Shown: piece after piece, positions 33,634 through 45,408 of the stretch
How the letters are laid out: each line of letters starts with the position of its first letter
How positions within the stretch are numbered: position 1 is the first letter of the stretch
From: an uncultured Gemmatimonadales bacterium
GTDB lineage: Bacteria > Gemmatimonadota > Gemmatimonadetes > Longimicrobiales > Longimicrobiaceae
NCBI GenBank assembly: GCA_963716255.1
Contig: OY970303.1
Span: forward strand, 64,001 to 128,000
DNA length: 64,000 nucleotides
Direction of reading: 5' to 3'
Translations under genes and position numbers: made by a program
The notes under the pieces: model-generated
What the model was told of the DNA's origin: nothing
Seen by the model: the letters and a program-made list of their open reading frames with translations, nothing else
Databases searched by the model: none

Positions 33634-33852
33634 ATGACCCTACGATTCATGCGGCGAGCGGGCCGTGCCACCCTCGCCGTGGCCGCCCTGGCCCTGGCGG
33701 GGTGCAGCGCGGACCCGCCGCTCTCGCCCGCCGCCCCGCCGAGCGCGCGGATGTCCACGCAGACCGGCGAAGCATGGCAGCCGGCGGGGAGCGAGTCCCG
33801 CGCCTCCATCTACGTGATCGGCAGCGGGCGGAGCGGGCACGAAGAAGAGTAG
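33634..33852 (+). CDS. Small lipoprotein, candidate signal-peptide precursor
   Basis: ALALAGC lipobox; C-terminal SIYVIGSGR. Confidence 0.7.
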   Translation: MTLRFMRRAGRATLAVAALALAGCSADPPLSPAAPPSARMSTQTGEAWQPAGSESRASIYVIGSGRSGHEEE

Positions 33853-33964
33853 ACGCCTCGGGGGCACGGCATCCCGCCGCCGCCCCCGTCCCGGGCCGAC
33901 GCGCACCTCCGCGCGCGGCCCACGCACCACCAGGCCCCGGCCCCACGCCGGAAGGATCGCCCAG

Positions 33965-36900
33965 ATGAGCCTCGTCAGCGCGGAAGCAGGCGCGACCGAC
34001 ACGTTCAGCGTGGAGCCGGGGTTCGACCTCCGCGGCCTCGCGCGGGACCCGCTCACCGACGCACTCCCCCGCGCGGCGTTCGAGGAGCAGCTGGAGCTGC
34101 ACCTGGAGCAGGCCCGCCTGCGGGGCGCGGCGCTGTCGCTCCTGGTGGTGGACCTGGACCACTTCAAGAGCATCAACGACGCGTTCGGGCACAGCCGCGG
34201 CGACGCCGTGCTGCGCGAGTTCGCCGAGCGCGTGCAGGGGATCATCCGGGGCTCCGACCTGCTCTTCCGCTACGGCGGCGACGAGTTCCTCCTGCTCCTC
34301 CCGGAAACCTCGCGCGAGCAGGCCGCGGTGCTGGCGCAGCGGCTCCTCACGCGCATCGGCGCCACGCCGTTCCCCGGCAACCCCGCCGTCTCCGTGTCGC
34401 TGAGCATCGGGGTGGCCAGCTTCCCCGAGGAGGCGCCCGGCGGGTTCGAGCTGTTCGAGCGCGCCGACCGCAGGGTGTACGAGGCGAAGCGCCGCGGCCG
34501 CTCGCGGGTGGTGAGCGACGACCAGGTGCGCCAGGAGACGGGAACGCTGGACCCGCCGGCCCGCCTCGTGGACCGGGAGGAGCCCATGCAGGCGCTGCAC
34601 GGCTTCCTCGCCGGGCTGCGCGAGGGGGGACGGGGCGCTCTGGCGGTGCTGGGCCCGCGCGGCGCGGGACGCACCCGTTTCCTGGCCGAGGCGCGCACCG
34701 CCGCCCTCCTGCAGGGCTACGAGGCCGTGGCGCTGCGCGGCACCCCGGCGCTCCGGGCCCGCGCCTTCGGGGCGCTGCGCGAGTCGCGGCGCGAGTTCCG
34801 CGAGGCGCTCCCGCACTCCCCCCGCGAGCTTGCGGCGCTGCTGGGCGAGATCCAGCGGGTGCGCGCGCGCTCCGGCGTGGTCCTGCTGCTGGACGACGTG
34901 CACGACGTGGACGAGGAGACGCTGGAGCTGCTGCGCGGGATCTTCGAGGGGTGCGACCTGCCGGTGGTGGGGGTGGTGTTCGCCGCCGCCGAGGCGCAGG
35001 CCGACGACCCGCACGCCTGGGAGGGCGAGGTCCGCGCCACCATCGCACTGCGGGAGCTGGGGTGGGAGGGGGTGCGCACCTGGACGCGCACCGTGCTGCG
35101 CTGGGAGCCGCCCGAGGAGCTGCTCGGCTGGCTGCGCCGCGAGACCGGCGGCCTCCCCGGCCGCATGCAGGCGGCGCTGGAGCTGCTGGTGGAGGAGCGG
35201 GCGCTGCAGCGCGCCGCGGACGGGTGGTCGCTGCGCGAGGGATACCAGGGGGTGCAGGTGCCGGCGGACCGCGGCCGGGGGGTCCACGGCGCGCTCCCCG
35301 CGGTGTCCACCAGCATCCTGGGGCGCGACGTGGAGATCGGCGAGGTCAAGCAGCTCCTGCGCGACGGGCGGCTGGTGACCCTCACCGGGCCCGGCGGCAT
35401 CGGCAAGACGCGGCTGGCGATCCAGGTGGCCGCGGAGCTGGCCGAGTCGGCGCCCGGCGGCGTGCACTTCGTGGAGCTGGCGCCGCTCGCCGCCCCGGAG
35501 TTCCTGGTGCCGGCCATCGCCGAGGCGGCCGGGCTCCAGCTCAGCGGCGGGAGCGCCCCCCGGCAGCAGCTCCTGGACTTCCTCCGCGACCGGCAGCTCC
35601 TCCTGGTGCTCGACAACTTCGAGCACCTGGTCGCCGGGGAGGAGCTGGTGGGCGACCTGCTCCGCGCCGCGCCGCGCGTCCGGGTGCTCGCCACCTCGCG
35701 CGAACGGCTCAACCTGCGCGAGGAGGCGGTCTACCCGCTGCGGGGGATGCCCATCCCCCGCGAGGGCGCCGATGCCTCGCCCGCGCACTCCATCGCCCTG
35801 CGGCTGTTCGCCAACCGCGCGCGCCGCCACGACGCCGCCTTCGTGATGGAGCCGGAGGACGTGGGGCACGTGGTGGACGTCTGCCGCATGCTGGGCGGGC
35901 TGCCGCTGGGGATCGAGCTGGCGGCGTCGCTGGTGCGCGTCCTTTCCTGCCGCGAGATCGCCGAGGAGGTGGCCCACAGCTTCGACGCGCTGAGCACGCC
36001 GCTGCGCGACTCGCCGTCGCAGCACCGCAGCCTGCGCGCCGTATTCGACTCGTCGTGGAACCTGCTGGACGCCCGCGAGCGCGACGCGCTGCGCCGCCTG
36101 GCGATGTTCCGCGGCGGCTTCCGCAAGGAGGCGGCGCAGCGCGTGGCCGGCGCCGGGGTGGGGGTGCTCGCCGCGCTGGTGGACAAGTCGCTGCTCACCC
36201 GGACGCCGGCGGGACGCTACCAGCTCCACGAGGTCTTCCGCGCCTACGGCGAGGAAAAGCTGCGCGAGGACGACCCGGCCCGCCGCGAGGCGGGGAGCCG
36301 CTGCTGCGCCTTCTACGCCGCCTTCCTGGCCGGGCGCGCGGGCGAGCTGGTGGGCCCGCGCCAGGCCGAGGCCCGCGCGGAGATCGGCGAGGAGGTGGAG
36401 AACGTGCGGGCTGGGTGGCAGTGGGCGGTGGAGAGCGCGGACGCGGAGGCGCTGGAGGCGTACGTGGAGCCGCTCTTCCGCTTCTACGCGGTGCGCAGCT
36501 GGTACCACGAGGGGGAAGGGCTCTTCGCCTCGGCGGCGGCGCGCGTGGAGCGCGGGACGCCGCTGTTCGCGCGGCTGATCGCCCGGCAGGGGTTCTTCCA
36601 CTCGCGGCTGGGCCGCTACGAGGAGGCGCGCGCGCTCCACCGCGAGAGCCTGGCGATCCTGCGCGCCGGCGGGGGCGCGGACGCGGCGCTCTCGCACTGG
36701 AGCCTGGGGAGCATCGCCCTCAAGCAGGGGCTGCGCAGGAGCGCGGTGCAGTCCTTCCGCCGGGGGCTGCGCCTGTACCGCGAGGCCGGCGACCGCGACG
36801 GGGTGGCGACCTGCCTCAACGAGATGGGGGCGGCGGCGCTGGCGGAGGGGCGCTGGGACGACGCCGAGCGCCTTTTCGCCCGCAGCCGCGGGCTGCGCGA

Positions 36901-37552
36901 GCGCCTGGGCGACCGCTCGGGGCTTGCCCACTGCGTCAACAACCTGGCGCTGGTGGCGGACGCGCTGGGGAGGCGCGAGGAGGCGCTGGAGCTGTTCCGC
37001 GAGAGCCTGCGCATCGCCCGGGAGGTGGGCGACCGGCGCAGCGGTGCCAACGCGCTCCACAACCTGGGCGTGTTCATGCGCCGCGACGCGGACGCGGCCT
37101 CCCCCGCGGCGTTCCGCGAGGCGAAGGCGCTGATCTCGGAGGCGCTGGAGGCGTACCGCGCCATCGGGGCGCAGGAGCAGGTGGCGCTGGCGCTCTACAA
37201 CCTGGCGGACGCGGCCTGCGCGCTGGGCCAGTTCGAGGAGGCCATGGAGCGCCACCGCGAGGCGCTGCGCATCGCGGTGCGCATGGAGGCCACGCCGCTG
37301 GTGCTGGGGATCCTGGCGGGGGTCGCCACCCTCCTGGCGGGCAACGGCGAGCGCGACTTTCCGCTGGAATTGCTGGCGCTGGTGTCGCGCCACCCCGCCG
37401 CCGACCGCGGCGTGCGGGAGCGCGCGGAGCGCTCGCTGGAAGCGCTGCGCTCCACGGTGGCGCCCGAGCGCTTCGCGGAGCTCTGCCGGCGCGCGGAGGG
37501 CCGCGCCGTCCGCGAGGTGCTCCCCGAGCTGATCGGCGCGGCGGCTGCCTGA
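33965..37552 (+). CDS. Diguanylate cyclase fused to two P-loop NTPase domains and TPRs
   Basis: DLDHFKSINDAFGH, RYGGDEF; GPRGAGRT; GPGGIGKT, LVLDNFEH, GLPLGIELAA; TPR C-terminus. Confidence 0.9.
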   Translation: MSLVSAEAGATDTFSVEPGFDLRGLARDPLTDALPRAAFEEQLELHLEQARLRGAALSLLVVDLDHFKSINDAFGHSRGDAVLREFAERVQGIIRGSDLLFRYGGDEFLLLLPETSREQAAVLAQRLLTRIGATPFPGNPAVSVSLSIGVASFPEEAPGGFELFERADRRVYEAKRRGRSRVVSDDQVRQETGTLDPPARLVDREEPMQALHGFLAGLREGGRGALAVLGPRGAGRTRFLAEARTAALLQGYEAVALRGTPALRARAFGALRESRREFREALPHSPRELAALLGEIQRVRARSGVVLLLDDVHDVDEETLELLRGIFEGCDLPVVGVVFAAAEAQADDPHAWEGEVRATIALRELGWEGVRTWTRTVLRWEPPEELLGWLRRETGGLPGRMQAALELLVEERALQRAADGWSLREGYQGVQVPADRGRGVHGALPAVSTSILGRDVEIGEVKQLLRDGRLVTLTGPGGIGKTRLAIQVAAELAESAPGGVHFVELAPLAAPEFLVPAIAEAAGLQLSGGSAPRQQLLDFLRDRQLLLVLDNFEHLVAGEELVGDLLRAAPRVRVLATSRERLNLREEAVYPLRGMPIPREGADASPAHSIALRLFANRARRHDAAFVMEPEDVGHVVDVCRMLGGLPLGIELAASLVRVLSCREIAEEVAHSFDALSTPLRDSPSQHRSLRAVFDSSWNLLDARERDALRRLAMFRGGFRKEAAQRVAGAGVGVLAALVDKSLLTRTPAGRYQLHEVFRAYGEEKLREDDPARREAGSRCCAFYAAFLAGRAGELVGPRQAEARAEIGEEVENVRAGWQWAVESADAEALEAYVEPLFRFYAVRSWYHEGEGLFASAAARVERGTPLFARLIARQGFFHSRLGRYEEARALHRESLAILRAGGGADAALSHWSLGSIALKQGLRRSAVQSFRRGLRLYREAGDRDGVATCLNEMGAAALAEGRWDDAERLFARSRGLRERLGDRSGLAHCVNNLALVADALGRREEALELFRESLRIAREVGDRRSGANALHNLGVFMRRDADAASPAAFREAKALISEALEAYRAIGAQEQVALALYNLADAACALGQFEEAMERHREALRIAVRMEATPLVLGILAGVATLLAGNGERDFPLELLALVSRHPAADRGVRERAERSLEALRSTVAPERFAELCRRAEGRAVREVLPELIGAAAA

Positions 37553-37572
37553 CGGGCCCCCGCGCCGGACCC

Positions 37573-37706
37573 CGCGTGAGGGATTTCGGCCCGGAGGGGC
37601 GAGACCCCGCGGGCAGTTTCGCGGGGGCTCGACTCCGTTGCAAACGGTAGTCTCGTTTGCTACGGAGCCGAAGCCCGACCCCGGCGACAGCCGGGGGCAC
37701 GCCCGA
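37573..37706 (-). repeat. Repeat family B, copy 3
   Basis: Aligns with B1. Confidence 0.9.
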
Positions 37707-37796
37707 CCCCGCAGTTCAATGCCGCACCGGGCGCACAACATGCGTTCTCACGTTCCCGACCCCCTCCCGTAGAACCCATCCTCGACGTCCTTCCCG

Positions 37797-38854
<1,058 letters not shown>

Positions 38855-38858
<4 letters not shown>

Positions 38859-40573
38859 TCGCGTTCGAGAGCGGCGGCGCGGACCTGCACCCGGAGGTTC
38901 TGGAGCGGATCGAGGCCGGGCGCACGGCGGAGATGGGGGGGCGCCGCGAGGAGGCGCGCGACCACTACGAGGCCGCGCTGCACGCGCTGCGCACCCCGGT
39001 GCAGGCCCGCCTGGCGGCCACCATCATCCGCTGGATCGGCCGCACGCACCGCGCGGACGGGACCTTCGACGCGGTGGAGGACTGCGCCGAGGCGGCGCTG
39101 GCGATCTCCACCGCCTGCGACGACGCGGCGGGGACGGCGCACGCGCTCAACCTGCTGGGCGGGGCCAGCCAGCAGCGCGGCGAGCTGGAGAAGGCGGCGG
39201 AGCTGTTCCGCAGCGCCTACCAGCACGCGCAGGGGGTGGGCGACTACGAGCTGATCGCCATGACGCAGCTCAACCTGGGGGTGGTGGCGAACATCCAGGG
39301 GAACCTGCACGCGGCGCGGGAGCGCTACTCGGCGGCGCTGGACGGCTTCCGCGCCATGGGCAACGAGTCCAACGTCCCCTTCGTCCTCAACAACCTGGGG
39401 ATGCTGTACACGGACCTGGGCCAGTGGGAGGCGGCCGAGAGCCACTACGCGGACGCCATGGAGGTGTGCGCGCGAACCGGCAACGTGAGCGCGCGAATCA
39501 GCATCGAGGTGAACCGGGCGGAGCTGTCGCTGGCCCGCGACGACTTCGAGGGGGCACGCGCGTCGTGCGACGCGGCCTTCGAGCTGATCCAGCGCACCGG
39601 CGAGACGCGCGCGCTCGGCGACCTGCACAAGCACTACGGCATCCTCCACCGCGACACCGGCGAGCTGTGGCGCGCCGAGAACCACCTGGGGCGCGCGGCG
39701 GCCATCGCGGACGAGCGGCAGGACCTGCTCCTGGCGGCGGAAACGGCGCGCGAGCAGGCGGAGCTGTTCTGGCGGCAGCAGCGCAACCAGGACACGCTGC
39801 GCGCGCTGAACCGCGCGTACCGCTGGTTCACGCAGCTGCGCGCGCGCCGCGAGCTGGCGGACATCGACGGGCGCATGGCGACGCTGGAGGCCATGTTCCT
39901 GGAGATCGTGCACCGCTGGGGCGAGTCCATCGAATCGGCGGACGCGTACACGCAGGGGCACTGCATGCGCGTGGCGGACTATGCCTGCGCGCTCGCCGAG
40001 GAGGTCATGCGCCGCCGCGCGGACCACCCGGACCACGCGGGCGCCGAGGGGCTCAACGAGCAGACGCTGCTCTGGTTCCGGATGGGGGCGCTGCTGCACG
40101 ACGTGGGGAAGCTGGACGTGCCGGTGGCGGTGCTCAACAAGGCGGGGGCGCTGACGCCCGCGGAGCGCATCATCATGGAGCGCCACCCGGACGCGGGGGT
40201 GGAGCTGCTGGCGGACATCGAGTTCCCGTGGGACATCCGCCCCATGGTTCGGCACCACCACGAGCGCTGGTCGGGCGGCGGGTATCCCACCGGCGTCGCG
40301 GGCGAGGCCATCCCGCTCTCCGCGCGCATCCTGTGCATCGCGGACGTGTTCGACGCGCTCACCACCGACCGCCCCTACCGCCGCGGCTACTCCCCGGCGC
40401 AGGCGCTGGAGATCATGGGCGGCAGCATGCGCGAGCACTTCGACCCGGAGCTGCTGGGGCCGTGGGCGGAGATCTGCGCGCGGCTGTTCCCGGCGCCCGA
40501 GCCGGCGCCCGCGGTGGCGCCGACACCGGTGGCGGTGCCGTTCCGCGTGGCAGTCAGCCCGGTGCCCGCCTGA
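38855..40573 (+). CDS. TPR-repeat HD-GYP phosphodiesterase
   Basis: ATGA overlap; TPRs (LNNLGMLY); YTQGHCMRV, LLHDVGK, HHERWSGGGYP, DVFDALTTDRPYR. Confidence 0.9.
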
Positions 40574-40639
40574 TCCGGCTGCGGCCGCACAGCAAGTCCC
40601 GAAGCCAACCATATTCCTCCGCCTCCGACATTTCCGTCC

Positions 40640-41278
40640 ATGCACGTGCAGCTGACGAAAGCCTGTCCCTTCTGCGCCGAACAGATTCAGCCCGCAGCCA
40701 TCGTCTGCCGCCACTGCGGGCATGATCTGGTCGCCGCCGCGCGCCGCACTCTGCCGCCCCCGCGGCGCAACCGGCAGGACGAGTCGACCTTTGCCAACGT
40801 CATGGTCGGAATCGCTGCGGTCGCCGTCTTCGCGGCCGCCGGGCTGTTCATGTGGAGGGACGCCGAGCAGGCACCCGTTGCGGCCGCGGAACCGCTCCCC
40901 GCCCCCCCACCCGTGCCGGTGCCGCCACTCGTCGTCCCCGTGCTCGATGTGAATGCCATGCAGGTCTCCGCGGGCGGTGCCTTCCGGGTCTCGTTCACCA
41001 TAGACGACCCGAGAAGGTGCATCCTGACCGGGCGAGTCCTGGGGCTGACCGGAGGGAAGCGCGACGTCGAGGTGTACGTGCTGGACCAGGACGGCTACAT
41101 CAACTGGAGCAACGGCACCGCGGGTGAGTCCATCTTCGACAGCGGGCGCAGGGCGGCGGCCACTCTGGACGTACTCCTACCCGGACCCGGCGAATACCAC
41201 CTGCTCGTGTCGAACCGCTTCTCCGTCGTGTCGGACAAGATCGTCCAGGTCGAGGACGCACTCGTGACCTGCGGCTGA
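40640..41278 (+). CDS. Zinc-ribbon membrane protein
   Basis: CPFC...CRHC, one TM helix, Pro linker, beta-rich C-terminal domain. Confidence 0.7.
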   Translation: MHVQLTKACPFCAEQIQPAAIVCRHCGHDLVAAARRTLPPPRRNRQDESTFANVMVGIAAVAVFAAAGLFMWRDAEQAPVAAAEPLPAPPPVPVPPLVVPVLDVNAMQVSAGGAFRVSFTIDDPRRCILTGRVLGLTGGKRDVEVYVLDQDGYINWSNGTAGESIFDSGRRAAATLDVLLPGPGEYHLLVSNRFSVVSDKIVQVEDALVTCG

Positions 41279-41301
41279 CGAGCCGTTTTCGATCAGGGAG
41301 A

Positions 41302-41335
41302 AGAGCCGCCCCGACCATCCGGCCGGGGCGGCTCT
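41302..41335. terminator. Hairpin between convergent genes
   Basis: AGAGCCGCCCCG...CGGGGCGGCTCT. Confidence 0.55.
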
Positions 41336-41377
41336 CCGCGTTCGGGGTGCCGCAGCGGATCGCCGCCGGGCCGCAGC

Positions 41378-41710
41378 CTACGCGGCCACCGGCTCCCGGG
41401 TGGCCCGCGCCTCGGCTTCCAGCTCGCGGCGGAGCAGACGGGCGTCCAGCACGAAGGGCCCGAACGGGACCACGGACGCGGCGAGCGCCAGGGCGACCCG
41501 GCCGAGCGGCCAGCGGCGCTCCAGCGCCACCTGCAGGGCGGCGGCGACGAAGAGGAGAAAGAGGACGCCGTGCGCCATGCCGACCACGCGCACCATCTCC
41601 GGCATCCCGGCGAGGTACTTGAGCGGCATCGCGACGCCGAGGAGGACGATGAACGAGAGGCCTTCCAGCAGCCCGATCGCGCGGAGGCGGGCCAGGGGAG
41701 TTCTGAACAC
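41378..41710 (-). CDS. DUF3817-like membrane protein
   Basis: LEGLSFIVLLGVAMPLKY, GMAHGVLF, PFGPF. Confidence 0.8.
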   Translation of the reverse strand: MFRTPLARLRAIGLLEGLSFIVLLGVAMPLKYLAGMPEMVRVVGMAHGVLFLLFVAAALQVALERRWPLGRVALALAASVVPFGPFVLDARLLRRELEAEARATREPVAA

Positions 41711-42038
41711 TGCGTTCGATCCTGAGAGGGAGTTCGACGACGGGCGCCCCGTGCGCCGCGGGAACAAGACTACCCACGAGCGGCCGGATCGTGCAACCAC
41801 CCGCGGGTCCGCCGTCCGCCGGCGCTGGGGACCGCGCGCCCCAGCAGTGTCCACGCCGCGTCCCGATCCGCCGCCGGATGGCGGCAGCACCCCTCCGGCC
41901 ACGTCCCGCTAAGTAGAAACCGGACATTCCCCTGCGGGCGCCCTCACACCGTGCTGCGACACGGCGCGCGGGGTGCAATCGCCCGGCTCCGTCGGGAACG
42001 GCCGGCATCGACTGCAACCCCGGACGGAGGGTGCGCGC

Positions 42039-42926
42039 GTGCGAAAGTGGCTGAGGCGGATCGGCATCGGGCTGGGCGGGCTGGTGGCGCTGCTGGTGGT
42101 CGCGGCGGGCGTGATGTACGCGATGGGAAGGTCGAAGCTGGGCCGCACCTACGGCACGCCCACGGGCGTGCTGGCGGGCGTCGCCGTGGACCCCGCCGCG
42201 GTGGAGCGCGGCCGGCACCTGATGCAGGTGCACGCGTGCCAGGAGTGCCACGACAGCGACCTGTCCGGGAAGGTGTTCCTGGACATCCCGCCCGGGTTGA
42301 TCGTGGCGCCCAACCTGACGCGCGGCCGCGGCGGCGTGGGAGCGCGCTACACCGACGCGGACTGGGACCGCGCCGTGCGGCACGGGCTGCGGCGCGACGG
42401 ACGGACCCTCCTCCCCTTCATGCCCTTCCGGCTCTACAACCGTCTGGGCGACGCGGACGCCGCCGCGCTGATCGCCTACCTGAAGACGCTGCCGCCCGTG
42501 GACCACGAGGTCCCCGCGACGGAGGTCCGCCTCCCCGGCTACGCCATGGTGACGATGATGGGCGACGACGGGCTGCGCGGCGGCATCGACGGCTCGCCGC
42601 CGCGGAAGGCGCCTCCCCCGCCCGGCCCCACCGCGGAATACGGCGCGTACCTGGCCTCCACCACGTGCGTGGAGTGCCACGGCGAGCGGCTGGAGGGCGG
42701 CCAGCACCCCGCGCCCGAGGCGCCCCCCGGGCCCGAGCTTTCGCACGCGGGCGGCTGGCCGTTCGCCGACTTCGCGCGGACGGTGCGGACCGGCGTGGCC
42801 CCCGGCGGACGGCGGCTCAGCGAGTGGATGCCCTCGCGCTACTTCCGCGAGATGACGGACACCGAGCTCCAGGCCCTGCAGGCGTACCTGAAGACGCTTC
42901 CCGCCGCCCCTCCCCCGGCCCGCTGA
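42039..42926 (+). CDS. Membrane-anchored diheme cytochrome c
   Basis: CQECH and CVECH; APNLT; N-terminal TM. Confidence 0.88.
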   Translation: MRKWLRRIGIGLGGLVALLVVAAGVMYAMGRSKLGRTYGTPTGVLAGVAVDPAAVERGRHLMQVHACQECHDSDLSGKVFLDIPPGLIVAPNLTRGRGGVGARYTDADWDRAVRHGLRRDGRTLLPFMPFRLYNRLGDADAAALIAYLKTLPPVDHEVPATEVRLPGYAMVTMMGDDGLRGGIDGSPPRKAPPPPGPTAEYGAYLASTTCVECHGERLEGGQHPAPEAPPGPELSHAGGWPFADFARTVRTGVAPGGRRLSEWMPSRYFREMTDTELQALQAYLKTLPAAPPPAR

Positions 42927-43025
42927 GCGCCCGCGCATCGCACGATCCTTGCACCGGTTCCGCGCCCCCGGCCCGCGCGCTGCGCGGGCCGGCGCAACCG
43001 ACTGAAACGCAAGGAGGTACGAGCG

Positions 43026-43790
43026 ATGTCGAGTCCCAACCTGACCGGTCTCCGCGTGGCGGTGCTGGCCGCCGACGGCGTGGAGCAGATCGAGCTGACG
43101 AGTCCCCGCGACAAGCTGCTGGAGCACGGCGCCGAAGTGGAGGTGGTTTCCCTGCGCCCCGGCTCCATCCAGGCCATGAACGCCATGGTCCCCGGCAAGA
43201 AGATCGACGTGGACCGCACCCTTTCCGGCGCAAAGCCCGACGACTTCGACGCCCTGCTCCTCCCGGGCGGCCACTTCAACCCCGACTTCCTGCGCCAGAG
43301 CGAGCGCGCGCTGGACTTCGTGCGCAGGATGGACCGCGACCGCAAGCCCATCGCCGTGATCTGCCACGGGCCGTGGGTGCTCATCTCCGCGGGGCTGGTG
43401 CGCGGGCGGCACCTCACCTCCTGGCCCGGCATCCGCGACGACGTCCGCAACGCCGGCGGCGGCTGGACCGACGAGGCGCTGGTGCGCGACCGCAACTGGG
43501 TGTCCAGCCGCAGCCCGCAGGACCTGCGCAAGTTCAACAAGGGGATGCTGGAGCTGTTCGCCGAGCACAGCCCGAACGCCGACGTGGACGACGCCCCCGG
43601 CATGGCCATGGGGCGGCTGGTGGCGAGCGGGCTCGCGCTGGCGGCCATCGGCTACGGCCTGCGCCAGTGGCAGGGCGGCGAGTCCGGCGGCGACGCGGCC
43701 GGCGCGCTGCCGGGCCGCGGCTACCGCGACGGATTCCGCGGCACCCCGCGCTCCGTCTCCCGCCACGTGGAAGCCGACGTAGCGCTCTGA
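43026..43790 (+). CDS. DJ-1/PfpI family protein
   Basis: DGVEQIEL, LLLPGG, ICHGPW, VSSRSPQDL. Confidence 0.92.
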   Translation: MSSPNLTGLRVAVLAADGVEQIELTSPRDKLLEHGAEVEVVSLRPGSIQAMNAMVPGKKIDVDRTLSGAKPDDFDALLLPGGHFNPDFLRQSERALDFVRRMDRDRKPIAVICHGPWVLISAGLVRGRHLTSWPGIRDDVRNAGGGWTDEALVRDRNWVSSRSPQDLRKFNKGMLELFAEHSPNADVDDAPGMAMGRLVASGLALAAIGYGLRQWQGGESGGDAAGALPGRGYRDGFRGTPRSVSRHVEADVAL

Positions 43791-43992
43791 CCCGCGCCCG
43801 CCGGGACCCTGCCGTCCCCGCCCCACCGGGCGGGGGCGGCTCTGGTCGTTCCCGCCGCCCCCGCTTGTCCGCCGACCCGGCCCGCATTAATCTGCCCCCA
43901 CTTCAGAAGTCGCTTTCCATTCGCCGCTCCCCGCCCCCGCGCACGGGCGGGGCAGGCGCGCATGCTCCACCACCCGCCAGGGAGCCCGCAGC

Positions 43993-45153
43993 ATGGAAAC
44001 CGTCGCGCTCGACCGTCTCACCGGCCTGATCGACAAGCGGTACCGCACCTTCTTCCCGCCCGGACGGGAGATCCCCTTCGAGGTCCGCGGCAACGGCGCG
44101 CCCCCCAAGCGGTTCGGCAGCGGCGACCCGGAGTTCGCCATCGTCGTCAACGACCGCAGCGGGCTGGCGGCGCTCGCCTCCCTGGACAAGACGGCGCTCG
44201 CCGAGGCGTACATGCGCGGCAACATCGACGTGGAGGGCGACCTCACGCGCGTGCTCGCCATGCGCAGCATGTTCGACGACCGGCACCCGCTGCGCTTCGT
44301 GTGGCGCTTCGCGCAGCCGTTCATCTTCGGGCAGGTGGCGCGCGACAAGAAGTGGATCGCCGCGCACTACGACTATGAGCAGGACTTCTACCTGCTGTGG
44401 CTGGACGCGCGGCACCGCTGCTACTCGCAGGGGATCTTCGCGCACGACGACGAGCCCATCGAGGACGCGATGAGGCGCAAGCTGGACTTCGCCATCGACG
44501 CCGTGGGGGCGAAGCCGGGCGACCGCGTGCTGGACATCGGCGGCGGGTGGGGGGCGTTCACCCAGCACGCCGGGCGGCGGGGGATCCGCGTCACCTCGCT
44601 GACCATCTCCGCCGAGTCCGAGAAGTTCCTCCAGGACCTCATCGCCCGCGAGGACCTTCCCTGCACCGTGCTGCTGGAGCACCTTTTCGAGCACCGCCCC
44701 GCGGAAAAGTACGACGCCATCGTCAACCTGGGCGTGACCGAGCACCTCCCCGACTACCGCCGCACGCTGGCGGTATACCAGGGGCTGCTGAAGCCGGGCG
44801 GCAGGATCTACCTGGACGCCAGCGCCCACCGCGAGAAGCACTCCGAGTCCACCTTCCTGGAGCGCTACATCTATCCCGGCAACGGCTCGCTCCTGTGCCT
44901 GCACGAGTACCTGGCCGAGGTGGCGAAGTCGCCGTTCCAGGTGCGCGCCGTCTACGACGACCGCCGCAACTACGAGATCACCTCGCTGCACTGGGCGCGG
45001 GCGCTGGACCGCCACAGGGAGGAGGTCGAGCGGCGCTGGGGGGGCGAGCTGTACCGCAAGTTCAGGCTGTACCTGTGGGGGTGCGTGGACGGGTTCGGGC
45101 GCGACATGATCCAGGCGTACAGGTGGATCATGGAGCTTCCGGCGGGGGTCTGA
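43993..45153 (+). CDS. Cyclopropane-fatty-acid synthase-like SAM methyltransferase
   Basis: IAAHYD, RVLDIGGGWG, YIYPG, FRLYLWGC. Confidence 0.85.
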   Translation: METVALDRLTGLIDKRYRTFFPPGREIPFEVRGNGAPPKRFGSGDPEFAIVVNDRSGLAALASLDKTALAEAYMRGNIDVEGDLTRVLAMRSMFDDRHPLRFVWRFAQPFIFGQVARDKKWIAAHYDYEQDFYLLWLDARHRCYSQGIFAHDDEPIEDAMRRKLDFAIDAVGAKPGDRVLDIGGGWGAFTQHAGRRGIRVTSLTISAESEKFLQDLIAREDLPCTVLLEHLFEHRPAEKYDAIVNLGVTEHLPDYRRTLAVYQGLLKPGGRIYLDASAHREKHSESTFLERYIYPGNGSLLCLHEYLAEVAKSPFQVRAVYDDRRNYEITSLHWARALDRHREEVERRWGGELYRKFRLYLWGCVDGFGRDMIQAYRWIMELPAGV

Positions 45154-45189
45154 TCGGCTTTTACGGCTTCAACTGCTTTTACGGCTGGG

Positions 45190-45340
45190 TCGGGCGTGCC
45201 CCCGGCTGGCGCCGGGGTCGGGCTTCGGCTCCGTAAGCCCGCAAACAACGCGGGCTAACGGAGTCGAGCCCCGGCGGCAGCACCTCTGAACTGAGGTGCC
45301 CCGCCGGGTCTCGCCCCTTCGGGCCGAAATCCCTCACGCG
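45190..45340 (+). repeat. Repeat family B, copy 4 (second loop replaced by a longer hairpin)
   Basis: Aligns with B2 except for GCACCTC-TGAACT-GAGGTGC. Confidence 0.88.
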
Positions 45341-45408
45341 GGCATCACGCTGGCGTCCGCGGGGGCCCCCACCCGGCTCGCTTTAGGCTCGCACGGCTTG
45401 CCCCCTAT

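Noticed and set aside
33647..37741. 1364-aa minus-strand ORF and similar long overlapping ORFs (e.g. 8229-11051, 16577-19306, 57351-59975)
   Set aside because: Shadow or alternate frames of well-supported genes; stop codons are rare at this GC content.
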